Below, in pieces: positions 1 to 10,162 of a stretch of DNA of 64,000 nt. A program made the translations under genes and the position numbers. The DNA lies in contig CAWDWO010000038.1 of assembly GCA_963806035.1 (NCBI GenBank), positions 11,414 to 75,413 on the forward strand. Direction: 5' to 3'. The notes under the pieces were generated by a model. It was not told where the DNA came from. It worked only from the letters and a program-made list of their open reading frames with translations, and ran no database searches. This DNA is from Candidatus Krumholzibacteriota bacterium. GTDB taxonomy: Bacteria; Krumholzibacteriota; Krumholzibacteriia; JAJRXK01. Numbering within the stretch: position 1 is the stretch's first letter; every line of letters begins with the position of its first letter.

Positions 1-589
1 CGAGCGCGGCGAGCGCTCCCCAATGCGCGGCTCGGCTCGGACCGGCCATGCGATAGCGCACCGTCTTTCCGTAGCTCACGAAGGGCGCGTCGTAGAGCAC
101 GATTTTGCCCTTCAGCTCGCCCTTCTCGCCCCGCGCTTGCAGTTCCTCGAAATTGCTGACGACCACGACCTCCGCGTCGATCCCACCCCGCGGGGTGCCG
201 ACGCTCATGCCCAGACCCAGGATGTTCAGGCGATGCTTGGTGGTCTTCGTCGTCAGCCAGGCTTTCTCCTCGCCCCGGACCCAGTGCGGAACCTCGACCT
301 CTTCGCGGTGGACGTTCGACAGCCCCTGAGCCTTCAGCTTGGCGATCGCCCAATCGATGGCCTCGTCCAGAGTCTTCGTTCCACTCAAGCGGTTACCATA
401 GTCATCGCAGAGTTCGGAGAGAGTCTCATAGGGTTCGCTGGAGAGCAGGGCTTCACCGAGGATCCGCCGCGCGGGCTCACGGTAGGCGGCGAGCTCGTCG
501 TCCGCGCGGACATCTTTGGGCGCGGGAAGTAGCCAGAGCATGAGTGAAAGGCAAACAAATGTGGACAAATAGCTGACGCGCGAACTCAC
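1..589 (-). CDS. M28 family peptidase (carboxypeptidase Q-like), secreted; runs off the window edge
   Basis: Missing from the ORF track because it has no stop inside the window. Manual translation from GTG at 589 gives a signal peptide, then LSELCDDYGNRLSGTKTLDEAIDWA...EEVEVPHWVRGEEKA...LGLGMSVGTP...KGKIVLYDAPFVSYG, the typical CPQ/M28 N-terminus and PA domain. GGAG RBS upstream. Confidence 0.85.
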   Translation of the reverse strand, partial: MSSRVSYLSTFVCLSLMLWLLPAPKDVRADDELAAYREPARRILGEALLSSEPYETLSELCDDYGNRLSGTKTLDEAIDWAIAKLKAQGLSNVHREEVEVPHWVRGEEKAWLTTKTTKHRLNILGLGMSVGTPRGGIDAEVVVVSNFEELQARGEKGELKGKIVLYDAPFVSYGKTVRYRMAGPSRAAHWGALAAL

Positions 590-685
590 GTTGAACTCCA
601 GTTTCTGCGGGAAAGCTGGAACTCTAGCACCACCCGTCCGTGGAGAAAAGGCCTGGCCCAATCAGCTCTCACGGCAGTTCGGCTC

Positions 686-1321
686 TCATACCATCGGGCC
701 GCCCAAACTCGACCAGAGGTACCAACTCGCCACACTGCGCCACGGCCGCCACGCCTCCGCCAATTTCTCGAAGTGTTTCGGGCTGGGTCGCTCCTTCAGG
801 CCGTAGAGATTGCGGACGGCGTTCTGGAGGCCGAGATCGCCCACCGAAAGAACATCGGGCCGGCCCAGCACGAAGAGCAGGAACATCTCGCCCGTCCAGC
901 GGCCGATTCCCTTCACCTGTCTCAGGTGCTCGATGACGCTCTCGTCGTCCAGGCGGTCGATGCTGCGGAGTTTCAGCTCGCGATTCTCCTGACGCCGCGC
1001 CAGATCCTGCAGGTACTCGCGCTTCTGGCGGCTCACCCCGCATTCGCGATAACCGCTCTCCGTCAGCTGCAAGAGCTTGGTGGCCGTGAGGCTTCCCCCC
1101 AGGCGCGCGCGGAGGCGGCGACGAACCGTCGCTGCGGCCTGAATGGAAATCTGTTGGCCGAGGATCATGTGCGCGAGCGACTCGAATCGGGTTCGGCGCG
1201 GGAGGGGGGGCGAAAGCGCGCCGACACGTTTCACGACCTCGCCGATGACGGGATCGTGCCGGCAGAGGTGCCGGCGAGCTTCACGCCAGGCTTTTTCGTC
1301 GTGGAGGGTCATCTCTTGCAT
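686..1321 (-). CDS. DNA-3-methyladenine glycosylase 2 family (HhH-GPD)
   Basis: Motifs ILGQQIS, HhH LRQVKGIGRWTGEMFL, DLGLQ and WRPWRSVASWYLW. Start trimmed to MQEMT so it does not overlap the neighbouring MFS gene. Confidence 0.9.
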   Translation of the reverse strand: MQEMTLHDEKAWREARRHLCRHDPVIGEVVKRVGALSPPLPRRTRFESLAHMILGQQISIQAAATVRRRLRARLGGSLTATKLLQLTESGYRECGVSRQKREYLQDLARRQENRELKLRSIDRLDDESVIEHLRQVKGIGRWTGEMFLLFVLGRPDVLSVGDLGLQNAVRNLYGLKERPSPKHFEKLAEAWRPWRSVASWYLWSSLGGPMV

Positions 1322-1376
1322 CGTGAGTTCGAGATTCTCGAGCTGCCGGCAGGAACGACGACGGGAACTTCCGCCG

Positions 1377-2750
1377 CTAGGCGTTGCCGACGCCTTCGTT
1401 GCGGACACCACTCAACAGCCAACGCCGGGCCAAGATCAGGCCGAAGGGACTGACGAGAGCGGTGATGCCGTAAATCAACCACAGGGCGCCGGGGTCCTGA
1501 GGACCATTCATGGGAACGTAGCGATCCAGCATCGTGCCCGCATACAAACCGGTGACCGTCTTCGCCAAGAACCAGGGGATCCCCGCGATTCCCATGTAGA
1601 TTCCCACTCGATTGCCCGGTGCGAGGTCCGCTACGTACTCCAGGAAGCGCGATGACCACATCGCTTCGCCCAGGCTCCAGATGACCATGTAGCTGATCAG
1701 AAGAAGCACGCTGGGGCTGGGCACCAGCATGAAGCACGAGAGCGCACTCACCAGAGTACCCACGATCATCATGTCGACGACCTTTTTCTTCTGCGTCAGT
1801 GCCGCGATGAGAGGGACTCCGATGACGATGACCGTGGGATTGATGGCGTAGACCCATTCCCAGTAGCGGCTGACCTCGGCGGGGAATGCGCGGGTCACGT
1901 AGTCGGGCATGGTGAGAAACTGGTGCGCGAAAAGAGTACGGACCGGCAGCAAAATGAAGATGAAGAACATGAAGCGCTTGTCGAGAATGGGAAGTCGCCT
2001 GAGCTTCTGCAGCATGTTCAAGTGACTGTCCGACTCCGCTTCGACCACGCGCACCCGGTCGCGCTCCTCCACTCGCTTGGTGAAGAAGAAGATGTTGATG
2101 AGAATGACGATCGCGGTGATTCCGATGAAGAACCAGAACGAACCTGAGATCCCCGCGGTAGGAACGACGTTGACGTCGAGGTGCTCGACTCGCGCGGCCC
2201 ACACCTGTCGGACCTTGGGGGAGAGCATCTCGCCCGCGACGATCCCCAGGTTCATGATGGAGTAGAGGAAGGCGTAACCGAGCGTGGCGGTGCGTGCATC
2301 GGTGTAGTCCTTGACCCCCGAATAGAGCGCGGGCTGGAGGATACCTTCCCCGATGGCCATGATGATGAGGGCCACCCACGCGGCCGAGTGCACCATGGCC
2401 TCCCCGGCGAACAAGGGGCTCTGGACCAGCAGAATCCTCCCGAGCAGCACCACGACCATCGAAAGGGTCAAGGCCCGCCTGACTCCCAGGCGGTCCGAGA
2501 GCCATCCGCCGCCCAGGGCCATGGTGAGGGTCACCAGGCCCGAGAAGACCGAAATGCTCATGGTGGCTTGATTCGTGCTGAACCCGACGTTGCGCTGCAT
2601 GAAGAGGGTCATGAGCCCCAACATGCCGAAATAGGCGATTCCGTCGCCGAAATTGACGGAATTCACCAGCCAGAATCCCTTGGAGGCGCCGAAGAGAATG
2701 CGGAGGGACTCGCGCAGGGCCGGTTTGTCTGAAGAGCTGGTATCGGTCAC
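1377..2750 (-). CDS. MFS transporter, POT/peptide-transporter-like
   Basis: About 12 hydrophobic segments, MFS motif A GGWLSDRLGVRR and FLYSIMNLG. Probable GTG start at 2750. Confidence 0.85.
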   Translation of the reverse strand: MTDTSSSDKPALRESLRILFGASKGFWLVNSVNFGDGIAYFGMLGLMTLFMQRNVGFSTNQATMSISVFSGLVTLTMALGGGWLSDRLGVRRALTLSMVVVLLGRILLVQSPLFAGEAMVHSAAWVALIIMAIGEGILQPALYSGVKDYTDARTATLGYAFLYSIMNLGIVAGEMLSPKVRQVWAARVEHLDVNVVPTAGISGSFWFFIGITAIVILINIFFFTKRVEERDRVRVVEAESDSHLNMLQKLRRLPILDKRFMFFIFILLPVRTLFAHQFLTMPDYVTRAFPAEVSRYWEWVYAINPTVIVIGVPLIAALTQKKKVVDMMIVGTLVSALSCFMLVPSPSVLLLISYMVIWSLGEAMWSSRFLEYVADLAPGNRVGIYMGIAGIPWFLAKTVTGLYAGTMLDRYVPMNGPQDPGALWLIYGITALVSPFGLILARRWLLSGVRNEGVGNA

Positions 2751-3067
2751 GGAAAAGAGCCCACGCTCGCTGGGAAGGGAACTGGTTCTTGCCTCGGATG
2801 GGTCGCGAACCGGGGGAAAATAGCATCCACCGCAGAATGGGGAAAGGGGAGAAAGCGCCTTTTTTCGCCCTCCATCGCGACGAAAGATTTGCCAGAACGC
2901 TTTCTTTGCACTAAAAATGGAGATATAGACGGCGAGATTCAGGCCGCTGTCAGCGGCTCGCCCCACCCCGCGCAGTTCAGAACCAGCTCACCAGCTCGCA
3001 GAGCCTAGTGACGCCGTGGCGCGCGCGAGGTCCCTCCAGAAAGAAGATCTGAATAGGTCTGCCCCGT

Positions 3068-4243
3068 ATGAGTAGCGAGAAAAACGGTAATACCCGCCGG
3101 CGCCGTAAAAGGTCGCCACGGAAAGAAGCCAACGGCAACGTGGCCGTGGCCGATGGCCAACAGCCGGCCGGGCAACAAAAAAATTCGAAGAACGTCTCGC
3201 AGCGCCGCAAGGGAATGAACGCCTTCCGGCCCCGTCACAATCGACGGAGTGGCGGCGATGCGGAGAATGATGGCTCGCGGAGGCGTCACAACGGAAACGG
3301 ACGGCGCAACGGGCGCTCCAACCGCGATCGCAGCCGCAACCGCGAGGAGCAGCTGCGGCGCATCTTTTCGCAACTGCAACGCGGAACGAGCATCGATCCC
3401 CACGAGCGTTTCAATCTCGAACGTGCCGATGGCGCGTTCACCCCGCGCGTGATCGATCTGGTCGCACCCATCGGTAGGGGACAACGATGTCTCATCGTGG
3501 CGCCTCCCAAAGCGGGTAAGACCACGCTTCTCATGGAGATTTGCAAGTCGATCGAGGTGAACCACCCCGCGGTGAAGGTCTTCGCGCTGCTGGTGGACGA
3601 GCGGCCCGAGGAAGTCACCCATTTCTCCCGTTCCACGCACGCCGAGGTCATTGCATCCTCCAGCGACCGGATCGCCGACGAACACGTCAAGGTGGTGGAG
3701 GAGGGGATCCAGCGCGTCCTTCAGCCCGTGCTGGAAGGGGAAGACGTCGTCCTGATGCTCGATTCGATCACCCGCCTTGCGCGCGCTTACAACACGGCGC
3801 GGGGCGACTCCGGACGCACTCTGACCGGCGGACTGGATGCCAACGCGATGCAGACTCCGCGGCGTCTTTTCGGAGCCGCGCGCAATCTCGAGGATGGTGG
3901 CAGCCTCACCATCTTGGGCACGGCACTGGTGGATACCGGCTCGCGCATGGACGAGGTCATCTTCCAGGAGTTCAAGGGAACGGGAAACAGCGAGATTGTT
4001 CTCTCTCGTCAGCTCTTCGAGAAACGGATTTTCCCGGCCATCGACATCGGGAAATCGGGGACTCGCAAGGAAGAGAAGTTGCATCCGCCCGAGTACCTCG
4101 AGCACATCCGCAAGATGCGCAGAGTACTCAGCGACATGCCCCCCGACCGCGCGATGGATGGGCTCCTGAAGCTCATGGCGAAGTGCCCCACGAACAAAGA
4201 GTTGTTGGACGCCCTTCCCACTTCATCGAATCAGCATCAATAA
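3068..4243 (+). CDS. rho: Transcription termination factor Rho, atypical (no recognisable N-terminal RNA-binding domain)
   Basis: [14 protein letters not shown], Walker [45 protein letters not shown] and SGTRKEE. Confidence 0.92.
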   Translation: MSSEKNGNTRRRRKRSPRKEANGNVAVADGQQPAGQQKNSKNVSQRRKGMNAFRPRHNRRSGGDAENDGSRRRHNGNGRRNGRSNRDRSRNREEQLRRIFSQLQRGTSIDPHERFNLERADGAFTPRVIDLVAPIGRGQRCLIVAPPKAGKTTLLMEICKSIEVNHPAVKVFALLVDERPEEVTHFSRSTHAEVIASSSDRIADEHVKVVEEGIQRVLQPVLEGEDVVLMLDSITRLARAYNTARGDSGRTLTGGLDANAMQTPRRLFGAARNLEDGGSLTILGTALVDTGSRMDEVIFQEFKGTGNSEIVLSRQLFEKRIFPAIDIGKSGTRKEEKLHPPEYLEHIRKMRRVLSDMPPDRAMDGLLKLMAKCPTNKELLDALPTSSNQHQ

Positions 4244-6846
4244 GCGGCCGAGCTCTTCGCGGCCACCCGATCCAGGGCGGCGAGGGCGCTCTCCACGATT
4301 GCCTGTTCATCCACTCCGAAGAACCGGCGCAGGTTTTCGCGCGTGTCGCTTCTCCCGAATCCATCGGTGCCCAGAATCGTGAAGTCCGCCTCGATCCAGC
4401 GCCCGGCCAGCTCGGGTACCGCGCGCAGATAATCGGTGCTGGCGACGAGCGGAGTGCTTTCCGAGCCGAAGAGTTGTTTGACCCAGGGCAGGGAGTCACG
4501 GGGCGAACCGTCGTTTTCCCACTCGATGGCCTCGCGCCGCAGTTCGGTCCACGAGGTCACGCTGTACACGTCGGCTGCCACCGAGTGTTTCTTCTCCAGT
4601 ACCTCGGCCGCGCTCAGGGCCGCGCGCAGGATGGGGCCGCTTCCCGCGAGCCGCACTCTGCGCTTGCTCTTCTTCGCGCTCTTACGGAAGAGATACCCGC
4701 CGCGGATGATGCCCTCTTTGCTATCCTCGGGCATCGGCGGCATCCGGTAATTTTCGTTGTAGAGTGTGATGTAATAGAAGATTTCCTGGCCCTCCTCGTA
4801 CATCCGCTTCAATCCCTCTTCGATGACGGTGGCCGTCTCGTAGTGGAAACACGGATCGTAGGCGCGGCAGGAGGGCACGGTGGAGGCGAGCAAGTGACTG
4901 TGTCCATCCTGATGCTGTAGACCTTCTCCGTTGAGGGTGGTTCGCCCGGCGGTGCCGCCCAGGAGGAAGCCTTTGCCGCGCGCGTCCGCGAAGGCCCAAA
5001 TGGAGTCGCCGGTCCGCTGAAATCCGAACATGCTGTAGAAGATGTAGAAGGGGATCATGGGTTGCCGCAGGCTGGCGTAAGCCGTCCCCGCGGCGGTCAA
5101 GGAACCCACGCTTCCCGCCTCGTTGATTCCCTCCATGAGCAGCTGACCTTGCTCCGATTCGGTGTAGCTGAGCAGGACCTCGGCGTCGACCGGGGTGTAT
5201 TTCTGTCCGATCGCCGAGTAGATCTTGAACTCCCGGAAGAGGCTCTCCATACCGAAGGTGCGCGCCTCGTCGGGGATGATGGGAACGATTCTCTTTCCGA
5301 AGGTCTTGTCCTTCATCAGCTTCCGCAGGAGTCGAACGAAGGCCATCGTGGTGGAGGCCTCCACCTTCTCGCCGGTGTCCTCCTTGAACTCGTCGTAGAG
5401 ATCGCTCTTGGGGAGCTCGATCTCCACTGGCACGACGCGTCGCAGGGGCAGACAGCCACCGAGGCTCCGGCGTCTCTCCATCATGTATTCGATTTCGGGA
5501 CTCTTGGGCCCGGGGTGATACAGCGGCGCGCTCGCCAGCTGATCGTCGGGGATGGGCAATTCGAGCCGGTCCCGGAATACTCTCAGCTCCTTCTCGCTCA
5601 TCTCCTTCATCTGGTGGGTCACGTTGCGTGATTCGATACCCTCGCCCAGGGTCCATCCCTTCACGGTCTTGGCGAGCACACAGCTGGGCACGCCAGCCTG
5701 TTCGGTGGCCACCGTGTACGCCGCGTAGAGCTTGCGGTAATCGTGTCCGCCGCGGCGTAGCCTCTGGATCTGCTCGTCGCTCAGATGCTCCACCAACTTC
5801 AGCAGTCTGGGGTCGCTCCCGAAAAACTCCTCACGGATCTTTCCGCCATCCATGGTCGTGTAGCGCTGCCAGTCCCCGTCCAGAGTCTCCATCATCTTGT
5901 TCACGAGTACGCCATCGATGTCCCGGTGCAGGAGCTCGTCCCACTCCCGTCCCCAGATCACCTTGAAGACGTTCCAGCCCGCTCCCCGGAATCGAGCCTC
6001 CAGCTCCTGGATGATCTTGCCGTTGCCGCGCACCGGGCCGTCCAGGCGCTGCAGGTTGCAATTGACCACGAAGGTGAGGTTGTCCAGGCCCTCCCTTGCC
6101 GCCAGTGACAGCGCGCCCAGGGCTTCCGGTTCGTCCGTTTCGCCGTCGCCCAAGAAGGCCCACACCCGGCTCTTGGAGGTGTCGGCCATTCCCCGTTGGT
6201 GCATGTATTTGAGGAAGCGCGCCTGATAGACCGCGTTCAAGGGGCCCAGTCCCATCGAGACGGTGGGAAATTCCCAGAACTCGGGCATGAGCCGTGGGTG
6301 GGGATACGAGGAGAGGCCAGGGCCCAGAGCTTCCCGGCGAAAATTGTGCAGGAGCTCCTCGCTGAGTCTTCCCTCCAGGAATGCGCGCGCGTAAATGCCC
6401 GGCGCGGCGTGACCCTGGTAGAAAATGAAGTCGCCCAGCTGCTCGCCGTCCTTGCCGCGGAAGAAGTGATTGAAGCCCACCTCGTAGAGGCTGGCCGCAC
6501 TGGCGTAAGTCGACAGATGCCCTCCGAGGCCGTGGGACTTCCGGTTTGCATGCGTCACCATCGCGGCCGCGTTCCAGCGGATCAGCCGGCGGATGCGGCG
6601 CTCCATGTCTTCATCCCCGGGGAAGGATGGTTCCTGCTCCGGGCTGATGCTGTTGATGTACCGCGTGCTCACCGTCTGCGGCAAGCCCAGGTGGAGCAGT
6701 CGCGCGCGTTTCAGGATCTTGTAAAGGAGGAACTGCGCGCGGAGTTTTCCCGAGACTTCGGCCACGGAGTCGAGGGCCTCGATCCACTCGGAAGTCTCTT
6801 CGGGATCGAGATCGGGGAGTTGCTGCTTGAATTGATCAAAGACCAT
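4237..6846 (-). CDS. aceE: Pyruvate dehydrogenase E1 component, homodimeric type
   Basis: DLDPEETSEWIEAL, GLSSYPHPRLMPEFWEFPTVSMGLGP, TPP-binding GDGETDEPE, NCNLQRLDGPVRGNGKIIQELE and GEGLQHQDGHS. Confidence 0.97.
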   Translation of the reverse strand: MVFDQFKQQLPDLDPEETSEWIEALDSVAEVSGKLRAQFLLYKILKRARLLHLGLPQTVSTRYINSISPEQEPSFPGDEDMERRIRRLIRWNAAAMVTHANRKSHGLGGHLSTYASAASLYEVGFNHFFRGKDGEQLGDFIFYQGHAAPGIYARAFLEGRLSEELLHNFRREALGPGLSSYPHPRLMPEFWEFPTVSMGLGPLNAVYQARFLKYMHQRGMADTSKSRVWAFLGDGETDEPEALGALSLAAREGLDNLTFVVNCNLQRLDGPVRGNGKIIQELEARFRGAGWNVFKVIWGREWDELLHRDIDGVLVNKMMETLDGDWQRYTTMDGGKIREEFFGSDPRLLKLVEHLSDEQIQRLRRGGHDYRKLYAAYTVATEQAGVPSCVLAKTVKGWTLGEGIESRNVTHQMKEMSEKELRVFRDRLELPIPDDQLASAPLYHPGPKSPEIEYMMERRRSLGGCLPLRRVVPVEIELPKSDLYDEFKEDTGEKVEASTTMAFVRLLRKLMKDKTFGKRIVPIIPDEARTFGMESLFREFKIYSAIGQKYTPVDAEVLLSYTESEQGQLLMEGINEAGSVGSLTAAGTAYASLRQPMIPFYIFYSMFGFQRTGDSIWAFADARGKGFLLGGTAGRTTLNGEGLQHQDGHSHLLASTVPSCRAYDPCFHYETATVIEEGLKRMYEEGQEIFYYITLYNENYRMPPMPEDSKEGIIRGGYLFRKSAKKSKRRVRLAGSGPILRAALSAAEVLEKKHSVAADVYSVTSWTELRREAIEWENDGSPRDSLPWVKQLFGSESTPLVASTDYLRAVPELAGRWIEADFTILGTDGFGRSDTRENLRRFFGVDEQAIVESALAALDRVAAKSSAAY

Positions 6847-7116
6847 GAGATCTCACTTCCATCTCGGACTCATGCACCTGCGCCGGTTCGGGGCTTTCAC
6901 GCGGGAACTCGATCGGCCAACTGGAGTGAAAGAAGCGCTTGGATTTCAAAAGCCGTAGGCATTACTTCTAGCAAAAGCTGCTGCTTGCGGCCAGCGATCG
7001 TGCTAGCTTACTCCTCGGCCACGAAGGGGGGCGATCGCGTTTTTCCGCCCCGGGGTCCCCGCGGATTCTTCCAGGAAATTAGGGTCGTAGCTCGTTTTAT
7101 GACAAGGAGTTGAGGG

Positions 7117-7899
7117 ATGAAGATCCTGTGTTGTGTGAAGCAAGTGCCCGAGAAGGACGCCCGCGTGCGGATCGCCTCGGACGGCGCTTGGATCGTGGAG
7201 GACGGACTCGCCTACGCACTCAGCGAATGCGATCGTTACGGCGTGGAAGCCGCACTCCGCTTGAAGGAGAGCGCGGGCGGGGAGGTCGCGGTGCTCTCTC
7301 TCGGGGGCGAGCGAGCCTCCAAGGGGATCAAAGAGGCGCTGGCGATGGGCTGCGACCGGGCCATCCACGTGCAGAGCGACGATTTCGCCCGGGCGGACGC
7401 CATCACCATCGCGCGCGTGATCGCGGCCGCCGCGAGGGATGAGAACTTCGATTTGGTGCTCGTCGGCGTGCAATCGGACGATCTGGGCTACAACGCGGTG
7501 GGCCCGGCGCTGGCGGAGTTCCTCGACGCTCGTCATGCGCAGATCGTGCTGAGCCTGGAACCGGCTGAGGACGGAGCGCTGAAGATCACGCACGAGCTCG
7601 ACAACAACCTCATCGAGACCGCCGAGATCAAACTGCCCGCGGTCCTCGGAGTCCAGAGCGGCATCCTCGACGTGCGCTACGCCTCGCTGAAGGGAATCAT
7701 GGGCGCCGCCGCCAAGCCGCAGAAGAAAGTCAGCGTGGACGATCTGAAGCTCGAGCAGGAAAGCATCGTTCCCAAAGTGGAGATCGAGAGCCTGTCCTTG
7801 CCCCTGAAGACGAGCCAGGCGGAAATGATCGAGGGTGATCCGGCGACGATGGCGCGCACCCTCCTGAAGAAACTCAAGACCGAGGCCAAAGTTCTCTAG
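7117..7899 (+). CDS. etfB: Electron transfer flavoprotein beta subunit
   Basis: MKILCCVKQVP, EALAMGCDRAIHV and RYASLKGIMGA; sits directly upstream of etfA. Confidence 0.95.
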   Translation: MKILCCVKQVPEKDARVRIASDGAWIVEDGLAYALSECDRYGVEAALRLKESAGGEVAVLSLGGERASKGIKEALAMGCDRAIHVQSDDFARADAITIARVIAAAARDENFDLVLVGVQSDDLGYNAVGPALAEFLDARHAQIVLSLEPAEDGALKITHELDNNLIETAEIKLPAVLGVQSGILDVRYASLKGIMGAAAKPQKKVSVDDLKLEQESIVPKVEIESLSLPLKTSQAEMIEGDPATMARTLLKKLKTEAKVL

Positions 7900-7912
7900 G
7901 GAGGATGGAAGA

Positions 7913-8890
7913 ATGGCGAAGCAGATTTTAGTCATCGCCGAGGTGCGGGATGGCGCGCTCAAGCCCATCACCAAGGAAGCTCTCACTGCCGCGCTGCAGG
8001 TGGCCGATGAGGCTTCCGATGTAAAGGCGGTTTTGTTGGGCGATGGCGTCGAGAACTTGGCGCAACAGCTGTGCGCGTTTGCACCGGGCGGAGTGCTGTA
8101 CCTCGAAGATCCCGCTCTGAAGACCTACACTCCCGAGGCGTATGTCGCCGCATTGAAGAACTTGGTGCAGGAGACTTCGGCCAAGTACGTCTTTACCGGG
8201 CATTCCTATCAGGCCATCGATTTCTTTCCGCGCTTGGCCGCGACCCTGGATGCCGCGTTCATTCCCGACTGCACCGGGATAGAGAGCGACGAGAAGGGTC
8301 TCGTCTTCAGCCGCAAGGTGTTCAACGGTAAGCTCGACGCCCGTTGCCGCGTTCGCTCTGAGGGGACCGTGCTGACGAGTCTCCAGCAGGGTGCGTTCCC
8401 CGTGGGCGAGGCCCCCGGAGGGGGAAGCGTAGAGAAGCGCAAGGTCGATCTGAGCGGGGTCGAGGCCCGCAAGGTTCTCTCGATCGAGGCGGGGGAGACC
8501 GGTGAAGTGGATTTGTCCGAGGCCGACATCATCGTGGCCGGAGGACGCGGGGTTGGAGACAAGGACAAGTTCCAGATAGTCTTCGATCTTGCGAAGGCGC
8601 TCGGCGGCGCGGTCGGCGCGTCCCGGCCGCCCTGTGACAGCTCTTGGGTCGAGCCCTTCCGCCAGATCGGTTCCTCGGGTCAGGTCGTGGCGCCGAAACT
8701 CTATGTTGCCCTGGGGATCTCCGGGGCCATCCAGCATCTGGTGGGAATGCGCGGCTCACAGTGCATCGTGGCCGTCAACAAGGACCCTAACGCCGCCATC
8801 TTCCAGGAGGCCAGCTACGGGCTGGTGGGAGATCTCCACGAGATCGTGCCGGCTCTCATCGAGGCCGTAAACGAGGCGCGGGAAGCATAG
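7913..8890 (+). CDS. etfA: Electron transfer flavoprotein alpha subunit
   Basis: [51 protein letters not shown] and NKDPNAAIF. Confidence 0.96.
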   Translation: MAKQILVIAEVRDGALKPITKEALTAALQVADEASDVKAVLLGDGVENLAQQLCAFAPGGVLYLEDPALKTYTPEAYVAALKNLVQETSAKYVFTGHSYQAIDFFPRLAATLDAAFIPDCTGIESDEKGLVFSRKVFNGKLDARCRVRSEGTVLTSLQQGAFPVGEAPGGGSVEKRKVDLSGVEARKVLSIEAGETGEVDLSEADIIVAGGRGVGDKDKFQIVFDLAKALGGAVGASRPPCDSSWVEPFRQIGSSGQVVAPKLYVALGISGAIQHLVGMRGSQCIVAVNKDPNAAIFQEASYGLVGDLHEIVPALIEAVNEAREA

Positions 8891-8893
8891 CAC

Positions 8894-10162
8894 TTGTCGC
8901 AGCGGACGAACTCTCCCCAGATCGAGTTGGGGAACTCGCGACGGGTCAGCGCCGTGGCGGGTCTATCGGGTCTTTATGGCCTTCGTCTGCTGGGCATGTA
9001 CCTGGTGCTGCCCGTGCTCAGCCTCTACGCCGCGAACCTGCGCGGCGAGACCGCTCTTCTCATCGGGATGAGTCTGGGGATCTATGGATTCTCACAGGCT
9101 CTTTTCCAAATCCCCTTCGGGATCTGGAGCGACCGCTATGGGAGGCGTCGCGTCATCGCGGCGGGTCTCTTGCTCTTCGCGATCGGCAGCGCCGTCGCGG
9201 CACAGACCCACTCCATTTACGGTCTCATTCTGGGGCGCTTCCTGCAGGGCTCGGGCGCGGTGGCTTCGGCTCTGGTGGCCCTCATGGCCGACCTCAGTGG
9301 TCCCCGCTACCGCGCGCGGGCCATGGGGGCGGTCGGCGTTTCGGTGGGCATCGCCTTCGCCACGGGAATGGTGTTCGGGCCCACCGTGTACGAGCGACTG
9401 GGGGCCCCGGCGATTTTCTGGCTCACGGCCGCGCTCTCACTCTTGGGAATCATCTACGTCGGGATCGCCGTTCCCAAGACACGCGCCTGGGAACACGATC
9501 ACGAGATGGAGTGGACGCGGGGCCAGAGCACCACGCTCCTGCACCATCCGACGCTCCTGCGTCTCGACGCGGGCATCCTGGTGCTCCATCTCCTGGTGAC
9601 CGCGGCTTTCGTGGTGGGGCCCACCTACCTCGCGCTCTACCGTCCGGTGGAACAGCACGGCAGTATCTATGCGCCCATCGTGCTGGCCGGAGTGGTCGTT
9701 CTGGCCATCTCCGTTTTCATTTCCGATCGCTGGGGACGTTTACGGGAAGCCATCGTGGCGGGGGGAGTGCTGCTCTTGGCCTCCACCATATTGTTGCTCT
9801 TCGCCACCCGCGGTCTCAGCTACTCCATCGCGGTCATCGCCTGCATGGTGGGGGGGATCGCGATCGCCGAGCCCGCGATGCCCGCACTTCTCACGCGTCT
9901 GGTTTCTTCCGATCAGAGAGGAACTGCGGCGGGGATCTTCCACACCTCGCAGTTCATGGGCTCGTTCCTGGGGGGAATGCTGGGGGGCGCAATGCTGCGC
10001 CATCCCAAGCTCATCGGTTTCATCCTGGTCGCCATCGCCAGCAGCTGGGCCATCGCCAGCGTGGGTCTTCTCACGAGAAGATCCCGCTCTACGAGCGCCA
10101 GTCCTGCCGCTTCTGCCAATGAGCGTGCAGAGAAAAAGCGAGCGGCGCGAGGGCGAGGCTGA
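8894..10162 (+). CDS. MFS transporter (YajR-like)
   Basis: LRLLGMYLVLPVL, QIPFGIWSDRYGRR and GRFLQGSGA; 12-TM hydrophobicity pattern. Confidence 0.88.
   Translation: MSQRTNSPQIELGNSRRVSAVAGLSGLYGLRLLGMYLVLPVLSLYAANLRGETALLIGMSLGIYGFSQALFQIPFGIWSDRYGRRRVIAAGLLLFAIGSAVAAQTHSIYGLILGRFLQGSGAVASALVALMADLSGPRYRARAMGAVGVSVGIAFATGMVFGPTVYERLGAPAIFWLTAALSLLGIIYVGIAVPKTRAWEHDHEMEWTRGQSTTLLHHPTLLRLDAGILVLHLLVTAAFVVGPTYLALYRPVEQHGSIYAPIVLAGVVVLAISVFISDRWGRLREAIVAGGVLLLASTILLLFATRGLSYSIAVIACMVGGIAIAEPAMPALLTRLVSSDQRGTAAGIFHTSQFMGSFLGGMLGGAMLRHPKLIGFILVAIASSWAIASVGLLTRRSRSTSASPAASANERAEKKRAARGRG

Noticed and set aside
23..532. 169-aa plus-strand ORF
   Set aside because: Antisense to the M28 peptidase, which the ORF track missed because it runs off the window.
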